In this document: piece after piece, positions 60,236-64,000 of the stretch
How the letters are laid out: each line of letters begins with the position of its first letter
Position numbering within the stretch: the stretch's first letter is position 1
From: Squalus acanthias
Lineage: Eukaryota
Length of the DNA: 64,000 bases
Assembly (NCBI GenBank): GCA_030390025.1
Contig: CM059432.1
Coordinates: forward strand, 63,676,001 to 63,740,000
Direction of reading: 5' to 3'
Translations under genes and position numbers: made by a program
The notes under the pieces: model-generated
What the model was told of the DNA's origin: nothing
The model's database searches: none
Seen by the model: only the letters and a program-made list of their open reading frames with translations

Positions 60236-61999
60236 CAAAGTAACTTCTGCCAGTTCAAAACCAGAAATAGGGCAGGCTTAGGCATGGAGTTAATTCACAG
60301 TCTGGGAGTAAATCATAAATTTCACCTTCTAAATTCTGCTGTTCAATTATTCCCCCATAGGTTAATGCTGAAATAAGAAATTTCAAAATCTAAAAGCATA
60401 TTTAAAAAAATCTATGGGCTGTCTAGCAGGATCCTGGCATAACTTCAGTAAGAGTATGCGGGCACGGCCAAGTTTCCAAAATGGCTTTGTGGGGGCCAAG
60501 CCTTTGCCCAACCTTACAAACCCATCATCATAAGAAGGCGGGGCTAGGATCAGAGACACTAAACATCCAAGGCTTTCACTGGAACCTAGAGTGTGATCAA
60601 CATAAGTACACCTGGTTAGACCAGGCACGCAGGCTGACTCACTGCTGGTTGTGGGGACCACCTTGGGTTCCAGGCTGCGATCACTCCAAGACCCTTGAAG
60701 ATTGGGTTCTGATTTTAAAATTTTTTAAAAATACCTGGTTTATAAAGGGGCTTCTGGGAGTAGCTGCACTTTTGCTCTTGGGAGGTCTCTGACACTACCT
60801 TTCCCTGGCCAGTCCAACTACACTGGACTTTTCAGAATCGCTGCAATTCCGAGTATCCTAGATGTGCCTGCCAATGGTAAAGAAATGAAAGGACCTCCCT
60901 GACCTCATGAAATTTGGCAGGGTCAGCATTGGAGGTCCAGCCAACCCGCTGCCAGGGGGCGTTACCTCAATTTAAATATTGTAATGAGGCTGGAAGCCTC
61001 TATTTTCCCCTCCATTTTGTTTTAAACTGCCTGTGGTCAGGTTTCACACAATTCATGAAACCCGGTAGTTAAACAAAGGCGGGGACTGCAGCATCCAGGA
61101 GGTAAGTGGCTTTATACCTACCTCTTGGATCCAGGGTCCCGACCTAGCCCAACCCCCGCGATCAGAGACTCCCCTCACGAGGCCTCCGATCACCCCCCTC
61201 ACGAGGCCTCCGATCACCCCCGCCAGGCTTCCCCCCCACCAATGATGATGATGGGGCCGGCCCTGATCCTCCGCCCCCATCCCCCCCGATCCCTGGTCGA
61301 CCCCCTCCCCCCGCGATCTCAGATCCACCCCAATTCCCCCCCGATCCCGGATCCCTCCCACGAGCCCTGCTTGCCTGCTGATTCCCGAACAACCCCCATT
61401 GCTGATCCTGCAACTCGCCCCAATCAATCCTCTCTCCCCCTCCCAATTGCTCTTCCTCCTGCCGATCCCGACCCCCCTTCCCGTGATCCCTCCCCCGGAC
61501 CGACCCCTCGCAACTGAGGCCTACCCGCCCACAGCTAGCCAGCCTCTCAAGCTGGCTGCAGGCGGGAAACCGAGGCCTTGCATTCAAATTAGGCCCGCCA
61601 GTAAAATTGGCAGGGCCTGCGGGAAACCCTGTCGCCATGGTTTCCCGCCAGCCTCAGACCACCCCTCCCCCACCCCCAACCCACCTCCCCGAACAAAATT
61701 CCGGCCTTACTTATAGATATCAGTGAGATGGGTGAGCCTGCTTCTCACTGCAGAGTCAGTCTATCCTTGGTGGGATGTTTGACTATTTATTTAAAGATGC
61801 GCCTGCTGTTCAGTTTCCTACTTGTTACATTAATTTTAAGTAATGTCCTAAACACGACTGCACATCTACAAATTTTAATTACAAACCTTTTAAAAAAAAT
61901 ATAATTTGAAATGAGCAAATGCATCAATTTTAATTCAATCCTCAAGAGCTAAAGAACTGAAAATAAAAAGAGCTCAAGACGAAAAAAACCCTCCCAAAA

Positions 62000-62575
62000 G
62001 ATACAGCTGCGTGAGTGATTGGGATTGTCTGCTTCACACCCGCCCGCCGACATCCACATCAAACAGACTTGTTCTTTTCACGATCAGGGCGTTCCCAGCG
62101 GGTCAGGAACAAGTCCTTGCATTTCCAGCTCTCAGCCAGTCCGCACCCTGCCGTCTCCAGCCAGTGACACACGAACCCAAACCCCAACACTCCTCTCCCC
62201 TCCCCCCCAAAAAACAACAGCCGGACAACCTGACAGGCCCCGGGTCTCCAACAGCCCCGCTCCCTCCACCGCGCAACTTTCCCAGAACTTTCCAGCACAT
62301 AAATCAGTGCTGCCGCGGTAACGGGATTTTGGCTCGATTCGGCCCATTAATGATCTAAGATTATCCACGCAACTGGTTCGGGAAAAGTTCACACAATTAA
62401 AAACCTTCCAACAGACCCCACAAAGCCAGCAGGAGACTCGCGGTGAACGATGGCGACTCGCCCTTGATTGAACTTTAAAACTTACCGACTCCCAACGAAA
62501 CCTTTCTATTTTTCAGTCACCCTTCGCCGCGTTACGAGCCAGCCAAACTCCGCTCTCCTCCACAGACACCAATGG
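62000..62575 (-). promoter_or_regulatory. CpG-rich unique segment; possible promoter/first exon of a minus-strand transcript
   Basis: CpG retained without recognisable repeat; minus-strand donor GAGTCG|GTAAGT at 62480-62486. Confidence 0.35.
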
Positions 62576-62587
62576 GGTCATTGGAAC

Positions 62588-63476
62588 CAGGGGTTCTCAA
62601 ACTTTGTGCTTTTGAGGCCCCCTCTCATGTTATAAAAATTCCACAGACCCGCTGTAACACAACACAAATATTTTATCTGTATAAAAATTCATTATACAAT
62701 TAAACATATATTTATTATTATTTTTGTTTTACTTATAACCCCGGATCATCCCCTGTCGTATGACCCAGTTCAGTACATTCCCCGGGATCTGATGCTGACA
62801 GTAATCTGCCCTCCGTGTTCCTGTCGGTCCCAGTTTAATAAACTAAATGGCCTCCAGTGAAACTGAAAGTAAATGATTGTAGAGCCTGGAGCACAGATGG
62901 TAAAATAGGGCTGATGTGTGAACATTAAATGGACAGACGGCTCCAATCTCTGCCCTGCAGAGCTCGGTCCCGCTCTCTGCTGAGTTACAAACCTTTACTG
63001 TTACACTTTAAAGTCACTCCCTGTGTTCAATAAAATATTAGAGCTCAACACCTGCGCTTTCAGAGCCGCGTCCTGAATAGAGCGGAGTTCACTCAGTAAC
63101 AGAGTGCGACCCCTGTAACCCGGGGAATAATCCTGTTTCTTACCGTCACTCACAGATCGGCCCGCTCTGCCTGTCCCAAGAGGCAAACTGACCCGTCACT
63201 GGGAATCCCCGGATTAACGGCAGGGAGCAACACTGCTCTGCCTGCTATCATCCAAGACTTATTTTGGCGGACCCTTGAAATCTTCTCGTGAACCCTTAGG
63301 GGGCCGCGGACCCCCGGTGGGGAAACCATGATTGGAAAGAACCCGAACGTGAACATTCTGGTTCCGCCTCCTCCCCGATCCTCACTGGTTCATTTTTACA
63401 GTCTGCAATTTTTTAGAGACCTTTCCCCAATGAATAATTGGTCAATGTTGCTCGGACCCCCGGTTGAGAAGCACTG
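62588..63476. mobile_element. Possible hAT (Charlie-like) non-autonomous element
   Basis: CAGGGGTTCTCAA ... TTGAGAAGCACTG termini; 8-bp flanks only partly similar (ATTGGAAC / TCTAAAAC). Confidence 0.45.
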
Positions 63477-63734
63477 TCTAAAACTACCAAAATGGCGTCC
63501 ACGATGTGTGCGCACACTTCCGATGGGAAGTGCGCCAGCTGCATGCAGAGTAGTCAGATCATGACGTCAATCAGATGTAACGCTAATTTAATGCCAGCGC
63601 TGCCATTTTGGAGCTCCATGTTCCAGCCTGCACCCTCTTTTAACCTCGCACAGCTGAACACACATTCAACGGCTTGAAGGACCTCCCCACCAGCATTATT
63701 TAAAGCGATCATGAACTACTTACAGGTTATCTAC

Positions 63735-64000
63735 CCGAGGAAATAGTCTCTGAACATCCACTCTATCTATCCCCCTCATCATCTTATAAACCTCTATTAA
63801 GTCGCCTCTCATCCTCCTCCGCTCTAAAGAGAAAAGCCCCAACTCCCTCAATCTTTCCTCATAAGACCTCCCCCCAAACCAGGCAGCATCCTGGTAAATC
63901 TCCTTTGCACTCTTTCCAATGCTTCCACGTCCTTCCTATAGTGAGGTGACCAGAACTGCACACAATATTCCAAATGTGGTCTCACCAAGGTCCTGTACAG
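63735..64000 (-). mobile_element. CR1 ORF2 3' fragment (runs off the window)
   Basis: Minus strand [41 protein letters not shown]. Confidence 0.85.

Noticed and set aside
60240..61706. GC-rich segments with Pro-rich ORFs (also 41050-42155, 29230-29650, 5460-5770)
   Set aside because: Look like further Harbinger-type MITE bodies, but I could not pair TIRs or TSDs, so no boundaries or genes are claimed

Overview
This is eukaryotic, repeat-dominated DNA, very probably from a shark or other cartilaginous fish: it carries an HE1/V-SINE, a Deu-domain SINE, CR1, L2 and Penelope-type ends. I could not identify any host protein-coding gene with confidence. Most of the window is nested transposable elements, and PIF/Harbinger DNA transposons dominate. 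One young 3.3-kb copy (22386-25685) has perfect 18-bp TIRs, a CAT target-site duplication (TSD), an intact 383-aa DDE transposase and a partner gene that lacks its Myb domain. A decayed two-gene copy (32357-37464) and many non-autonomous derivatives and MITEs are also present. Other elements include CR1 LINEs, a ~3.3-kb single-ORF LINE with a tRNA-like Pol III head, solo LTRs, a Gypsy relic and Penelope termini carrying minimal hammerhead-ribozyme motifs. The most notable observations are four. Two independent Harbinger-type insertions duplicate the same triplet, the predicted cleavage triplet of the Penelope hammerhead. A palindromic flank-based target consensus (RRNAY-NNN-RTNYY) is readable across seven insertions. 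The Myb domain is deleted in frame next to an intact transposase. The tRNA-headed LINE lacks ORF1. Family names come from recognition by eye, not database searches, and boundaries without TSDs are approximate.
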